A DNA stretch of 62,151 nt, filler included, from Thermodesulfobacteriota bacterium (lineage in GTDB: Bacteria > DASVDK01): NCBI GenBank assembly GCA_036381125.1. It is 6 parts of 6 records of this genome, joined end to end, with 100 filler letters (N's around TTAATTAATTAA, not from the genome) between each part and the next. Parts side by side here need not be neighbours in the genome. Positions count along the whole stretch, not along the records: positions 27,716 to 42,871 come from DASVDK010000208.1; positions 42,972 to 56,471 come from DASVDK010000209.1; 4 more parts are not named here. One strand, 5' to 3'. How positions within the stretch are numbered: the stretch's first letter is position 1; each line of letters begins with the position of its first letter. The notes under the pieces are model-generated. The model made no database searches. It worked only from the letters and a program-made list of their open reading frames with translations, and was not told the origin of the DNA. The position numbers were made by a program, and so were the translations under genes. Below, piece after piece: positions 33,989-46,809 of this stretch.

Positions 33989-35209
33989 ATGTCGCGCGCC
34001 GAGGAGTCAGGTCGTTCGACCGCCGACGAGGCATCCCTCGAAGAGGCACCTGGGTCGGACCGGGCCGGCGATCCGCACTCCGTCGGCCTGGTCGCGACGC
34101 ATCACCTCACGCTCGACGGCCCGTTCCACTGCCAGTCCGGCGACGTCCTCCCCTCGGTCACGGTGGCCTACGAGACCTACGGCACGCTCTCGCCCGCCCG
34201 CGACAACGCCATCCTCGTGGCGCACGCGCTGTCGGGCGGGTCGCACGCCGCCGGCTACTCGAGCCCGGCCGACCGGAAGCCGGGGTGGTGGGACGTCATG
34301 ATCGGCCCGGGCAAGCCGTTCGACACGTCGCGTTACTTCGTCGTCTGCACGAACGTGCTCGGCTCCTGCTACGGCACGACCGGTCCGTCGAGCATCGACC
34401 CGACGACCGGCCGGCCCTACGGGCTGCGTTTCCCGCTCGTGACGATCCGCGACATGGTCGACGTCCAGGCTCGCGTCGTCTCCGCGCTCGGCATCGAGCG
34501 CCTCCTCTGCGCGGCGGGCGGATCGATGGGCGGGATGCAGGCGCTCCAGTGGCTCGCCTCGTACCCGAGCCGCGTCGACGCCGTCATCGTCTCGGCCTCC
34601 TGCCTGCGGCACACGGCCATGCAGATCGCCTTCAACGAGGTCGGCCGGCGCGCGATCACCTCCGACCCGAACTGGAACGACGGCGACTACTACGGGGGGC
34701 CGGCCCCCGGCAAGGGGCTCGCGGTGGCCCGCATGCTCGGCCACATCACGTACCTGTCGAACGAGGCCATGGAGAAGCGCTTCGGGCGCCGGCAGCGGGG
34801 GCCGCGCGAGAAGTTCCGTCCGACGTTCGAGGTCGAGCACTACCTCGATCACCAGGGCCAGTCGTTCGTGAATCGCTTCGACCCGAACTCCTACCTCTAC
34901 ATCACCAACGCGCTCGACACGTTCGACTGGCACGAGGAGATCGCCGCGGTCGACCGCGCGCTGCGGAGCGTCCTCGAGGGCAAGCGCGCCCTCGTCCTGT
35001 CCTTCACCTCCGACTGGCTCTACCCGACCGAGCAGTCGTACGAGGTGGCCACGGCCCTCTCCGTACGCGGGATGCAGGTGGAGCGGCACGAGGTGCGCTC
35101 CGCCTACGGCCACGACGCCTTCCTGCTGGAGGCCGAGGAGCAGGGGCCGATCGTCCGCGACTTCCTCGGCGCGGCGCTGGCCGCGCGCCGCCGCGTCCCC
35201 GGCAACTAG
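33989..35209 (+). CDS. metX: Homoserine O-acetyltransferase
   Basis: 'VAYETYGTL', 'HALSG', 'GGSMGGMQ', 'SDWLYP', 'YGHDAFL'. Confidence 0.93.
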   Translation: MSRAEESGRSTADEASLEEAPGSDRAGDPHSVGLVATHHLTLDGPFHCQSGDVLPSVTVAYETYGTLSPARDNAILVAHALSGGSHAAGYSSPADRKPGWWDVMIGPGKPFDTSRYFVVCTNVLGSCYGTTGPSSIDPTTGRPYGLRFPLVTIRDMVDVQARVVSALGIERLLCAAGGSMGGMQALQWLASYPSRVDAVIVSASCLRHTAMQIAFNEVGRRAITSDPNWNDGDYYGGPAPGKGLAVARMLGHITYLSNEAMEKRFGRRQRGPREKFRPTFEVEHYLDHQGQSFVNRFDPNSYLYITNALDTFDWHEEIAAVDRALRSVLEGKRALVLSFTSDWLYPTEQSYEVATALSVRGMQVERHEVRSAYGHDAFLLEAEEQGPIVRDFLGAALAARRRVPGN

Positions 35210-35281
35210 GACCGGTCCCGGTGGGGTGAGGCGCGGCGGGAGGCCCCTGCCGGCGCGGTGCCCGAGGCCGTCGGACGCGGC

Positions 35282-36097
35282 CTAGCCCGCCGCGGCAGGG
35301 CCCAGCGCGGCGCGCGCCACCATGTAGAGCGTCGCGCCGACGAGCAGCGCGTTGTAGACAGCCCGCAGCCGCGCCCGCGGCAGCCAGACCACGAGTCGCG
35401 CGCCCGCCTGCGCGCCGACGACGCCCGCCGCCACGAGCGGCCCCACGAGGGCCGGGTCGACGCCGAGCAGGGTCCAGTGCGTCGCGATCCCGGCGACCGC
35501 GGCGGCGAGGATCGAGAGCAGCGACGTCCCGATGGCGATCGGCAGGGGGATGCCGAGCAGGACGACCAGCAGCGGCACGAGGAGGAAGCCGCCGCCGATC
35601 CCGAGCAGGCCGGTCACGACCCCGATGCCGGCGCCGACGAGGAGCGCCCCGACCAGCGAGTACGAGTAGACGTACCGCTCCTCCCCGGCGTCCTGCACCC
35701 GCGTGACGGCGAAGCGGCCCGCGCGCGCGGCCGGGCTGCGACGGGCGGCGGGCCGCGGCAGGTTGAAGAGGACCAGGGCGAGCGCGGTCACCGCGGCGAA
35801 GAGCCCGCCGAGCACCCGGTCCGGGAGGCTGGCGCTCACGGCGGAGCCGAGCGCCGCCGTCGCGGCCGACGCCGCCATGAGGGGCAGGCCGAGCCGCCAG
35901 TCGGCCGTGCCCTGGCGCAGGTGTCGCAGGGCGCCGGAGACCGAGGTGGCCAGGACGAAGACGAGGCTGGCGCCGACGATCACGTGGAGCGGCACGGCGA
36001 GGGCCGAGAGGAGCGGCACCAGGATGAAGCCGCCCCCCACGCCGAGCAGACCCGAAGCGATGCCGGTGAAGAGCCCGATGGCGAGGAGCGTGAGCAT
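35282..36097 (-). CDS. TauE/SafE-family sulfite exporter
   Basis: Duplicated 'GLLGVGGGFILVP' / 'GLLGIGGGFLLVP' motifs; multi-TM. Confidence 0.9.
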   Translation of the reverse strand: MLTLLAIGLFTGIASGLLGVGGGFILVPLLSALAVPLHVIVGASLVFVLATSVSGALRHLRQGTADWRLGLPLMAASAATAALGSAVSASLPDRVLGGLFAAVTALALVLFNLPRPAARRSPAARAGRFAVTRVQDAGEERYVYSYSLVGALLVGAGIGVVTGLLGIGGGFLLVPLLVVLLGIPLPIAIGTSLLSILAAAVAGIATHWTLLGVDPALVGPLVAAGVVGAQAGARLVVWLPRARLRAVYNALLVGATLYMVARAALGPAAAG

Positions 36098-36103
36098 GGC
36101 GCG

Positions 36104-37050
36104 TCAGCGGGCGGCCTCGCGACGCATCGCGACCAGCGCGTCGGCGGTCGCCTCGGCCCGTGCGGCCCAGCCGTCCAGGACGGCGGCGGCGCCCCGGTGC
36201 TCGGCGGCGCGGGCGGCGTAGTACGCGCCGGCCCCGCGCGCCTCGGCCTCGAGCCGCTCGAGGAGCGCCGGGAGCTGGCCGAAGCGTGCGGCGCCCTCGA
36301 AGAGGACCTCGATCATCCGGGGCCGTTCGAGGAGGGCGAGGGGAAGGGCGAGTCGACCCGCCAGGCGGTGGAGCGTCTCGCGCGAGAGAAAGAGGCCGGC
36401 CACAAGCGGGGTCGCGAGGTATCGGCCGACCCCTTCCAGATCGGCGTCGCGCAGGGAGGCGCGCGCGGGGGCCGCCGTCTCGGCCGCGCCGGCCTCCGCG
36501 GCGACCGGCAGGCTCGCGGCGCCGAGCCGCGCGAGGTCGCCGAGCACGACGTCGGCCGTCACGTCGGCGAGGACCCGGTAGAACGGGTGCCGCGCGTCGC
36601 GCCCTACCGCCTCGGCGAAGGGGGCGACGAAGGCGGCCAGGTGCGTCTCGAGGAAGCGGCGCTGGACGGCGGCCGGCGCGCCGTCGATCAGGGCCGCCGC
36701 GAACCAGAGTTCGGCGCCGACGTGGTCGGCCGCCCCCGGCCGGGGGACGCCCGAGACCTCGAAGCCGGCCGCCCGGTAGGCCGCCTCCACCGCCACGCTC
36801 GGCGCGGCCCCGAGCATCACCGACTCGTCGAGGAAGACCGACTCGTACGGGTAGACGTTCAGCAGGAAGAGGCGCGCGTACTCCGCGCGCAGGCGGGCGG
36901 CCGCCCCCCCGTCCGTCTCGCCGGCGAGCGCCTCGCCGAAGGCGGGCCACTCGCGCAGGCGCCCGACGAGCGCGGCGTCCGGCTCGGCGAGGAAGAGCCG
37001 CCCGAGGAGGCGGTAGAGCGCCGAGCGGTCGGCGCCGTCCTCACCCCCGC

Positions 37051-37054
<4 letters not shown>
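36104..37054 (-). CDS. TorD/DmsD-family molybdoenzyme chaperone with C-terminal extension
   Basis: 'LYRLLGRLFLAEPD', 'EYARLF', 'PYESVF', 'ADHVGAEL', 'FLETHL'; GTGA overlap with the upstream gene. Confidence 0.85.
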
Positions 37055-40029
<2,975 letters not shown>

Positions 40030-40047
40030 GGATCGAAGCTCCTTCGG

Positions 40048-41658
40048 CTAGCTCATCGGGACGGACTGACCTGCAGCCACCCACCGGTCCTCGAAGGCGA
40101 GCAGGCCGATCAGCGCGAGCACGCTCGCGGCGCCGGCCGCGATGCCCGACGGCAGCGCCCCGACCGCCCCGAGGGCGAGCGCGAGGAGCGGCGCCGCGAC
40201 GCCGACGCCGGCGGCAACGAGCCAGAAGCGGCCCGCCAGCCGCCCGGCGCGCAGCGCGTCGGCAGCGAGCGCGACGTGGGTGTTGGCGTGCGGCGTGTAG
40301 AGCTCCGCGGCCACGAACCCCGCGTGCGCGACGAGGCCGACGCCGAGGGCGCCGGCCAGGAAGACCAGCTCGGACGGCCGCGCCGCGCCGGCCAGCGCCA
40401 CGAGCAGGAGCGCCGCCGCGCCGGCGAGCACCGCCTGGGCGAGGAGGTGGGGGGCGAGGAGCGGGCTCTGCCAGAAGTCGCGTCCCTCGGCCTGGCCGAA
40501 GAGGAACGCCGTGTAGACGGCGGCCAGCACGGCGAGGATCGCCCCCGGCCACCTGAGCCACCGGGCGGCCCCGTCGAGGAGCCCCACGTCGAGCAGGCCT
40601 GCCGCGAGCGACACGGCCGACACCGCGCCGAACGCCACGAGGACGTAGCCCCCCTTCACCAGCCAGGAGCTCCAGTTGCCCTTCGTGAGCAGGTAGTAGA
40701 AGCGCTCCGGGCGCTTGAGGTCGGCCACGAGGAGCCCCGCCGTGATGAGCGTGAAGACGAGCGCGAGGGCCGGGGCGGCCGTGCCGAAGAGGGCGCTCCG
40801 CTCGCCGATGCCGACGCCGAGCGCCGCCGCCATGAGGAGGAAGGCTCCCGCCGCGATCGACTTGGTCCAGAGGTAGGCCGAGACGAGGCCGCCCCAGGGG
40901 GTCTCGTGGGCCACGTTGTAGTTCACCTGGCCGCCCTCGGTGAGGTAGCCGGCCGCGACCGACTCGCCCGGCCCCCCGCCGCGGCTGCCTCCGCTCGCGC
41001 GTACCAGCGCCGTGAGGTCGATCGCCTGCCCGTGCCCGCCGTGCGACGTGTCGCGGTGCTGCGACCACATGCCGCCCTGCGGGTCGGCGAACATCGCCGG
41101 CTCGAGGGCGGCCGTCTCGGCCCCCACGTACCAGAGCTTGGGCTGCGTGCCCTGCTCCGGCCGGCGGACCGCGACGTTCTCCCGCCCGAGCGTGCGGGCG
41201 ATGCGGCTCGCCGGGTCGTCGAGGTCGCCCGAGATGATCGCCTGGGTCGGGCAGACCAGCACGCAGGCCGGCTCGAGCCCGACCTCCACCCGGTGCGCGC
41301 AGTAGTGGCACTTGGCGGCGGTGTTGGTGGCCGGGTCGATGTAGATCGCGTCGTAGGGGCAGGCCTGCATGCAGGCCTTGCAGCCGATGCAGCGCCGGTT
41401 GTCGAAGTCGACGATGCCGTCCTTGCGGCGGTAGAGCGCCGAGGTGGGGCAGATCGTGGTGCAGGGGGAGTTCGCGCAGTGGTTGCAGCGCTGGACCAGG
41501 AAGTGGCGGCGGGTGTTCGGATAGGTCCCTTTCTCGACCGACTTCACCCACGTGCGGAAGACGCCCACCGGCACCTGATTCTCCGACTTGCAGGCGACCG
41601 TACAGGCGTGACACCCGATGCACCTGCGCTGGTCGATGACGAAGCCGTACGTCGGCAC
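40048..41658 (-). CDS. Fused NrfC-like 4x[4Fe-4S] and NrfD/PsrC membrane anchor subunit
   Basis: Four ferredoxin Cys groups (CIGCHAC, CNHC..PC, CIGCKAC, CHYC..PAC) followed by NrfD-type 'PWG..VSAYLW', 'ADLKRPERF', 'SSWL'. Confidence 0.9.
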   Translation of the reverse strand: MPTYGFVIDQRRCIGCHACTVACKSENQVPVGVFRTWVKSVEKGTYPNTRRHFLVQRCNHCANSPCTTICPTSALYRRKDGIVDFDNRRCIGCKACMQACPYDAIYIDPATNTAAKCHYCAHRVEVGLEPACVLVCPTQAIISGDLDDPASRIARTLGRENVAVRRPEQGTQPKLWYVGAETAALEPAMFADPQGGMWSQHRDTSHGGHGQAIDLTALVRASGGSRGGGPGESVAAGYLTEGGQVNYNVAHETPWGGLVSAYLWTKSIAAGAFLLMAAALGVGIGERSALFGTAAPALALVFTLITAGLLVADLKRPERFYYLLTKGNWSSWLVKGGYVLVAFGAVSAVSLAAGLLDVGLLDGAARWLRWPGAILAVLAAVYTAFLFGQAEGRDFWQSPLLAPHLLAQAVLAGAAALLLVALAGAARPSELVFLAGALGVGLVAHAGFVAAELYTPHANTHVALAADALRAGRLAGRFWLVAAGVGVAAPLLALALGAVGALPSGIAAGAASVLALIGLLAFEDRWVAAGQSVPMS

Positions 41659-41700
41659 GTCGCCCTCCCCGGGGGAAGCCCGTCACACACCGCTGCCGAC

Positions 41701-41755
41701 AATCTACGCGACCGTCGGGTATCAGGCAAATAGCAAGTTGCGCGGAAGGGTATCA
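41701..41755 (-). promoter_or_regulatory. Promoter of the molybdoenzyme operon with direct repeats
   Basis: Minus-strand TTGCCT-N17-TAGATT; GGGTATCA repeated at 41717-41724 and 41748-41755. Confidence 0.6.
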
Positions 41756-41918
41756 AGGATCGTTTATGCGCGGCCGGGCCGAACTCCCCAACCGCAGTCG
41801 GTCGGAGCGAGTCACGGACGCGATGCGGAAGCCGGAAGGCCTGCCGGTCGTGACACGACGAGCCGCCCTTCTGCCGCCGGCGATCGCGGCGGCCGCATCG
41901 ACCCGCCGGCCTCGCGTC

Positions 41919-42871
41919 CTACGGCGGCCGGCCGGCCGAGGCCCAACTCGGTTCGAACCGAGTTCGCACGGGCCCCGGGGCCCGGCACGCCGTGGCATAG
42001 ACGACCGCCGCCTCCCGCACCTGCGACGCGCCCCAGGGGCCGAACATCCGTTCCGCCTCGTACCCGTTGTGCGCCCGGCAGCACAGCTCGATGTTCTCGA
42101 CCGTCGCCGCGCCGCCCGCCGCGTACGGCCGCACGTGGTGGAACTCGAGAAAGCCCCGCTCGGCGCACCGCCGCCCCGTCCGGCGGCTCACGAAGGCGCA
42201 CCGCCCGCCGTCGCGCGCCCACACCGCCCGCCTGACCGCTGCCGGCACGTGCCGCGACCCCGGCCTCGGCGGCGTCCCCGCCCGCGGCCGACCGGTCGCG
42301 CCGACCTTCTGCTTGAGCAGCGTCTCGACGAGGACGGTCAGGGCGCGGTCGAGGACCTGCGCGACGTCGCCGTCGGGGATCTGGTGGCGCAGGAGATCCT
42401 GCGCCTGCCGCAGCTTCGTGTACGTCTCGGTGCTGGCGGTGAACTGGACCCGGTAGCGCTCGGGCGCCAGCGGCGCCACGACCGGCGGCCGCGCGGGCGG
42501 TGGTGGGGCGACGGCCGGCGCCGGTGGTGAGGCCGAGGGCTCCGGGTACGGGGCGGGCGGGCTGACCGGCGGCGCCTCGGCCGGAGGCGGCGCCGCCGCG
42601 GAGAGGACCGGGGCCGGTCCGAGTGCGCTGGCACGCGCCGCCTCGGCCAGTGACGGGCGCGCGGCCGGTGCCGTCCGCGGCACCGGGAGCCGGCGGATCG
42701 AGGGAGGTACCGGGGGCAGGGGACGCAACGCCGCCACCAGCGCCTCGACCTCCCGCCGGCTCCTGTGGCGGGCCTGGTCGAGGAGCGCCAGGTGGTTCTC
42801 GGCCGTGAGGTGCGGTGCGAGGAGCGTCACGGTCGTGAGCGTCACCGACCCGTCGGCGAGGTGCTCGAGAA
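41919..42871 (-). CDS. HNH endonuclease (DUF222-like multicopy family), 5' truncated
   Basis: 'SRHVPAAVRRAVWARDGGRC...RC...LEFHHVRP...GG..TVENIELCCRAHN'; Pro/Ala linker; lies at a contig end. Confidence 0.88.
41921..41964. repeat. HNH 3'-end motif containing the perfect palindrome AACTCGGTTCGAACCGAGTT
   Basis: 20-bp perfect palindrome at 41945-41964; second copy at 22065-22108. Confidence 0.8.
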
Positions 42872-42971
42872 NNNNNNNNNNNNNNNNNNNNNNNNNNNNN
42901 NNNNNNNNNNNNNNNTTAATTAATTAANNNNNNNNNNNNNNNNNNNNNNNNNNNNNNNNNNNNNNNNNNNN
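42872..42971. other. Artificial contig linker
   Basis: N-run + TTAATTAATTAA + N-run. Confidence 0.98.
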
Positions 42972-43793
42972 CCCCTCATCGTGCACCTGGCGAGCCCGGC
43001 GCAGATCGAGCGCTACGCCGACCGGGTCGACTCGCGGGCCCGCGCCCTGGTCGCGCGCTTCTGGCCCGGTCCGCTCACGCTCGTCCTGCCGCGCCGCGTC
43101 GACGCCGCGGGCCGGCCGGTGATCCCCGACATCGTCACCTCGGGGCTCGACACGGTGGCGCTGCGGATGCCCGACCACCCGGTGGCGCTGGCGCTCCTGG
43201 CCGAGGCGGGCCGTCCGGTGGCGGCCCCTTCGGCCAACCCGTTCGGGTACGTGAGCCCCACGTCGGCCGCTCACGTCGTCGAGCAGCTCGGCGACGCCGT
43301 CGACCTCGTCCTCGACGGCGGCCCCTGCCGCGTGGGGGTCGAGTCGACTGTCGTGAGCCTCGCGGGGGAGCGGCCGCGCCTGCTGCGTCCGGGCGGCGTG
43401 CCGCTCGAGGGGATCGAGTCGGTGATCGGGCCGGTCGAGGTCGCGGCGCCGTCGGCGAGGTCACCGGAGGCGCCGGGGCAACTGCCGTCGCACTACGCGC
43501 CGCGGACGCCGCTCGTGCTCCTCGGAAGCCGGGACGACCCGGCGCGCCTCGCGCGCCGGAGACCGGACGAGCGGGTGGGGCTCCTCGCCCTCGCGCCCGC
43601 GCCGGACGCCGCCCGCTTCGCCGCCGTCGAGACGCTCTCGGCCGACGGCGACCTGCGCGAGGCGGCGCAGCACCTCTTCGGCGCCCTGCGCCGGCTCGAC
43701 GCCGCCGGCCTCGACCGCATCGTGGCCGAGCCCTGCCCGGAGGTCGGCCTCGGCCGGGCCATCATGGACCGCCTCCGCCGCGCCTCCGCCTGA
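42972..43793 (+). CDS. tsaC: L-threonylcarbamoyladenylate synthase, Sua5 type (5' truncated)
   Basis: 'PLIVH', 'FWPGPLTLVL', 'APSAN', 'GVESTVV', 'APGQLPSHYAP', 'AIMDRLRRAS'. Confidence 0.93.
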   Translation, partial: PLIVHLASPAQIERYADRVDSRARALVARFWPGPLTLVLPRRVDAAGRPVIPDIVTSGLDTVALRMPDHPVALALLAEAGRPVAAPSANPFGYVSPTSAAHVVEQLGDAVDLVLDGGPCRVGVESTVVSLAGERPRLLRPGGVPLEGIESVIGPVEVAAPSARSPEAPGQLPSHYAPRTPLVLLGSRDDPARLARRRPDERVGLLALAPAPDAARFAAVETLSADGDLREAAQHLFGALRRLDAAGLDRIVAEPCPEVGLGRAIMDRLRRASA

Positions 43794-43795
43794 CC

Positions 43796-43871
43796 GGGGT
43801 CAGGTCTTTCCATTTTCCAGGGGGTCAGGTCTTTCCATTTTCCAGCCCGGAGTACGTCGAGGCCTGACCCC
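43796..43871 (-). repeat. Two tandem REP-like 25-bp units plus an inverted half (family 1)
   Basis: GGGGTCAGGTCTTTCCATTTTCCAG x2 (43796-43845), then AGGCCTGACCCC (43860-43871), between convergent genes. Confidence 0.85.
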
Positions 43872-43885
43872 CGTCACGCGGCTCG

Positions 43886-45193
43886 TCAGAGCGACTTGAG
43901 GAACTCCACGAGGTCGAGGACCTCGTCGTCGCGGAGCCCGAGACCGAACGTCCGGTCGTAGTGGTCGACCACGTCGGCGAGGGTCGCGAAGCGGCCGTCG
44001 TGGTAGAAGCCGCCCTTCTGGTGCGAGAAGAGCCCCCGCAGCGGCGAGGTCCGGTAGCGGCCGTCGGGCGCGCGCTCCGCCTGGAACGCGTCGATCCCGA
44101 TCTCCTCCGGCGTGTGGAGGTTCCACCCCGGCTCGGTGTAGAGCGGCGGCACGTGGCAGGTGGCGCAGCGCGCCTTGCCGGTGAAGAGCGCCTGGCCGCG
44201 TGAGGCGGCGTCCGCGTCGAAGCTCCCGCGGGGCGGCGTCGGCGCGGGGATGGCGAGCTGGTAGACGTGGAGCGCCGCGAGCTTGCCGGTGATCAGGTCC
44301 GGGTCGCTCCGCACGTCGGCGAACCCGGCCCGGGCGGCGATCGGGAACCGCGCCTCGTCCGCGAGCCGGGGATCGAAGAACGTCCCTTTGCCGTGCATCT
44401 CGAGCGTCGCGACGAAGGCGTTCCAGTGCGTGACCGAGCCCCAGCCGGTCCAGGTGTGCAGGTTCACCCCGGCGAGGCCGAATGCCGGCGGGATCAGCGT
44501 CGCCGCGGACTTCCCGTCGGGACGGAACGCCTTGCCGTCGAGAACCAGCTCGGCGTCGAACTTCCCAGGCCCCCAGCTCCGCAGCACCGTCCGGACCGTC
44601 GACTCGTCGACCTCGAGGAGCGTCGCGAAGGCCTCGAGGTCGGGGGCGAGGGCGACGATCGCGCCGATGTCGAGGTCGCGGTTGGCCCACCCGTCGAGCC
44701 GGCGGCCGATCCCCGGCGCGAGCGAGTCGTCGACCGTCGAATGACAGAGGGCGCACTGGATCCCGATCGACCTGAGCCCGCCGCCGTCGTCGAAGAAGCC
44801 GGTCACGCCGACGACGGCGTTCAGCCTGAGGAGGTCCAGCGTCGTCGCCGGCGCGTCGAGGTCGACGTTGCCCGCCTGGAGGCGGCGGACGAGGGGACGC
44901 GGGAGCGCCTCGGCGTCCACCTTCAGCCCGAGACCGAGGGCCGCGTTCGGGCCGAGGCCGGGGCCGACCCCCCCGAGCGCCTCGCCGGCGATCGCGCGGT
45001 GCAGCCCGAGCGTGTCGCCCCAGAAGGCCTCGTCGCCGAACGTGTCGAAGCGGAAGATCCGGCGCCCCTCCTCGACGAGGCGCCGGGCGTGACGGTCGAC
45101 GGCGCGATCGTGCGGCGGGCCGAGGCCGGCATCGGCGCCGATCGACAGGGCGGCCAGCGCCGCGAGCAGCACGACGGAGAGGGGGCGAGACAT
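43886..45193 (-). CDS. Exported dihaem cytochrome c (bCcP/MauG-superfamily-like, function unknown)
   Basis: Signal peptide; two haem motifs CALCH and CATCH; 'SRGQALF.GKA', 'TSPLRGL', 'YHDGRFATL..VVDHY'. Confidence 0.75.
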   Translation of the reverse strand: MSRPLSVVLLAALAALSIGADAGLGPPHDRAVDRHARRLVEEGRRIFRFDTFGDEAFWGDTLGLHRAIAGEALGGVGPGLGPNAALGLGLKVDAEALPRPLVRRLQAGNVDLDAPATTLDLLRLNAVVGVTGFFDDGGGLRSIGIQCALCHSTVDDSLAPGIGRRLDGWANRDLDIGAIVALAPDLEAFATLLEVDESTVRTVLRSWGPGKFDAELVLDGKAFRPDGKSAATLIPPAFGLAGVNLHTWTGWGSVTHWNAFVATLEMHGKGTFFDPRLADEARFPIAARAGFADVRSDPDLITGKLAALHVYQLAIPAPTPPRGSFDADAASRGQALFTGKARCATCHVPPLYTEPGWNLHTPEEIGIDAFQAERAPDGRYRTSPLRGLFSHQKGGFYHDGRFATLADVVDHYDRTFGLGLRDDEVLDLVEFLKSL

Positions 45194-45224
45194 GGAGACC
45201 TCCTTCGGAGGCCGGTGCCTGGCT

Positions 45225-45611
45225 CTAGTCGGAACGTACGGTGATGCGACCGACCATCCCGGCCGCTTCGTGCGGCCGACAGAAGTAGTGGTAGGTGCCC
45301 GGGACGACGAGCGTGATCTCGAAGCGGTCGCCCGGGTTCACGAGGTAGCCGGAGTCCCAGGGGGTCGCGCCGGCCGGAATCCGGTCGGGGTACGCGGTGG
45401 TCGTGTGGACGTGGCGCTCGACGACCCAGCGCACCGTGGTCCCCGGCGAGATCGTCAGCTCGGCCGGATCGAACCAGACCCGGGCCCCCGACGCGTCGCC
45501 GGTCATCAGGACCTCGACCACCGGCCCGGCGGCGGCCGGCCGGGCGGACGCGGCCGCGAGGCCGGCGAGCAGAAGCCCGCCGGCCCCGATCAGTCTGCGG
45601 CGCGTCAGCAC
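45225..45611 (-). CDS. Tat-exported plastocyanin/azurin-family cupredoxin
   Basis: Tat signal 'LTRRRLI'; 'FDPAELTISPGTTVRW', His ligand, 'YFCRPHEAAGMVG'. Confidence 0.88.
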   Translation of the reverse strand: MLTRRRLIGAGGLLLAGLAAASARPAAAGPVVEVLMTGDASGARVWFDPAELTISPGTTVRWVVERHVHTTTAYPDRIPAGATPWDSGYLVNPGDRFEITLVVPGTYHYFCRPHEAAGMVGRITVRSD

Positions 45612-45613
45612 GG

Positions 45614-46054
45614 CTACTTGCCGGCCACGCGCTGTTCCTGCGCCTTCGGGATGTGCCAGAGCACGATGTGGTAATGCGGCTTCTCCACTCCGGGGTGTCC
45701 GGCGTTGTAGACGAGGTCGACGTGGTCGACCTTCTCCTGCGCGGTGGCGAGGTTCTCGAACGCCTTGTGCGCCTGGAGGTCCTCGAGCGGGATCATGTAG
45801 ATCGAGCTGACGAGACGCCCCTGCTTGTCGTAGGCCAGGAAGGGGCCGGCCGGCAACGTCTCCGGCTTTACGTAGAGCGTCCCCATGCCCGGCAGGAAGT
45901 CGGGGAGGGGGACCAGCTCGCTCACCTTCTTGTACCCGTCGCCGGGAGGCGCCTTGCGGAGATCCTGGGCGGTCGCGGTACCGGTCGCGGTACCGGTTGC
46001 GAGGGCCAGTGCGGCGAGGGCCGCGAAAACGAAACCAGGTCGGATGCGGGCCAT
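45614..46054 (-). CDS. Exported TTHB210/DUF5602-like His-rich protein
   Basis: Signal peptide; 'LPGMGTLY', 'GHPGVEKPHYHIVLWH'; family assignment from recall only. Confidence 0.65.
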   Translation of the reverse strand: MARIRPGFVFAALAALALATGTATGTATAQDLRKAPPGDGYKKVSELVPLPDFLPGMGTLYVKPETLPAGPFLAYDKQGRLVSSIYMIPLEDLQAHKAFENLATAQEKVDHVDLVYNAGHPGVEKPHYHIVLWHIPKAQEQRVAGK

Positions 46055-46122
46055 CGGTTCCCTCCGGTTCGATTTTCGGGCGCGCGCTTGCGCCCGGCAT
46101 CCGCTACACTAGGCTAGAAGCG

Positions 46123-46138
46123 TTACTTGTGCAAGTAA
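46123..46138. promoter_or_regulatory. Palindromic operator TTACTTG-TG-CAAGTAA
   Basis: Perfect 7-bp inverted repeat in the AT-rich divergent intergenic region. Confidence 0.7.
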
Positions 46139-46152
46139 AAACTTTCTAAACT

Positions 46153-46809
46153 ATGCGGCGGCCGCCCGACCTCCCTTCGGGGACGAAGTACGACATCCTG
46201 AAACTCCTGATCCGACAGGAGCTTGCGGCCGACGACCTGGCCGCGAGCCTCGGGGTCAGCGGGGCGGCGGTCCGCCAGCACCTCGACACCCTGCGAGCCC
46301 TGGGACTCGTCGAGCGCCGAAAGGTCGTGACGCAGCCGTCGCGTCCGACCTACCTCTACCGGCTGTCGCCCGATGGGCAGCGAGCGTTCCCGAAGCGTTA
46401 CGAGCTGTTGCTGGCGCTGGTGATCGAGTCGATCCTCGACCGGCACGGCGAGCGCGGGGTGGCCGAGGTCGTGGCCGCGGCCGCCGAGCGGCTCGCGGCG
46501 CGGGTGAAGGGGCGTTTCGCGTCGGCCGACGAGCGGCGGCGATGGGACCTCCTCCTCGGGTGGCTCGAGGAGGAGCTGGCCTGGCAGGCGGACGCGCGCG
46601 AGGAGGGGGACGGCTGGCGCCGGGTGGTGATCCACCAGTGCCCCTTCCAGGACGTCTCGCGGGACCACCCGGCCGTCTGCGGGGTCTTCTTCCGGACGCT
46701 CGTCGAGGCGCTCTACGGGGCCGTGCCGGTCGAGCACCGGCCCGAGCCGCCGCCGGCCTGCTGCTCGCTCAGGATCGCGGCGGCTCTTCCGCCATCGCGT
46801 CCAGCATGA
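46153..46809 (+). CDS. SufR-like HTH transcriptional regulator with C-terminal Cys motif
   Basis: 'LGVSGAAVRQHL', 'RPTYLYRLS..G...FPKRY', 'HQCPF-x10-C', 'CC'. Confidence 0.82.
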   Translation: MRRPPDLPSGTKYDILKLLIRQELAADDLAASLGVSGAAVRQHLDTLRALGLVERRKVVTQPSRPTYLYRLSPDGQRAFPKRYELLLALVIESILDRHGERGVAEVVAAAAERLAARVKGRFASADERRRWDLLLGWLEEELAWQADAREEGDGWRRVVIHQCPFQDVSRDHPAVCGVFFRTLVEALYGAVPVEHRPEPPPACCSLRIAAALPPSRPA

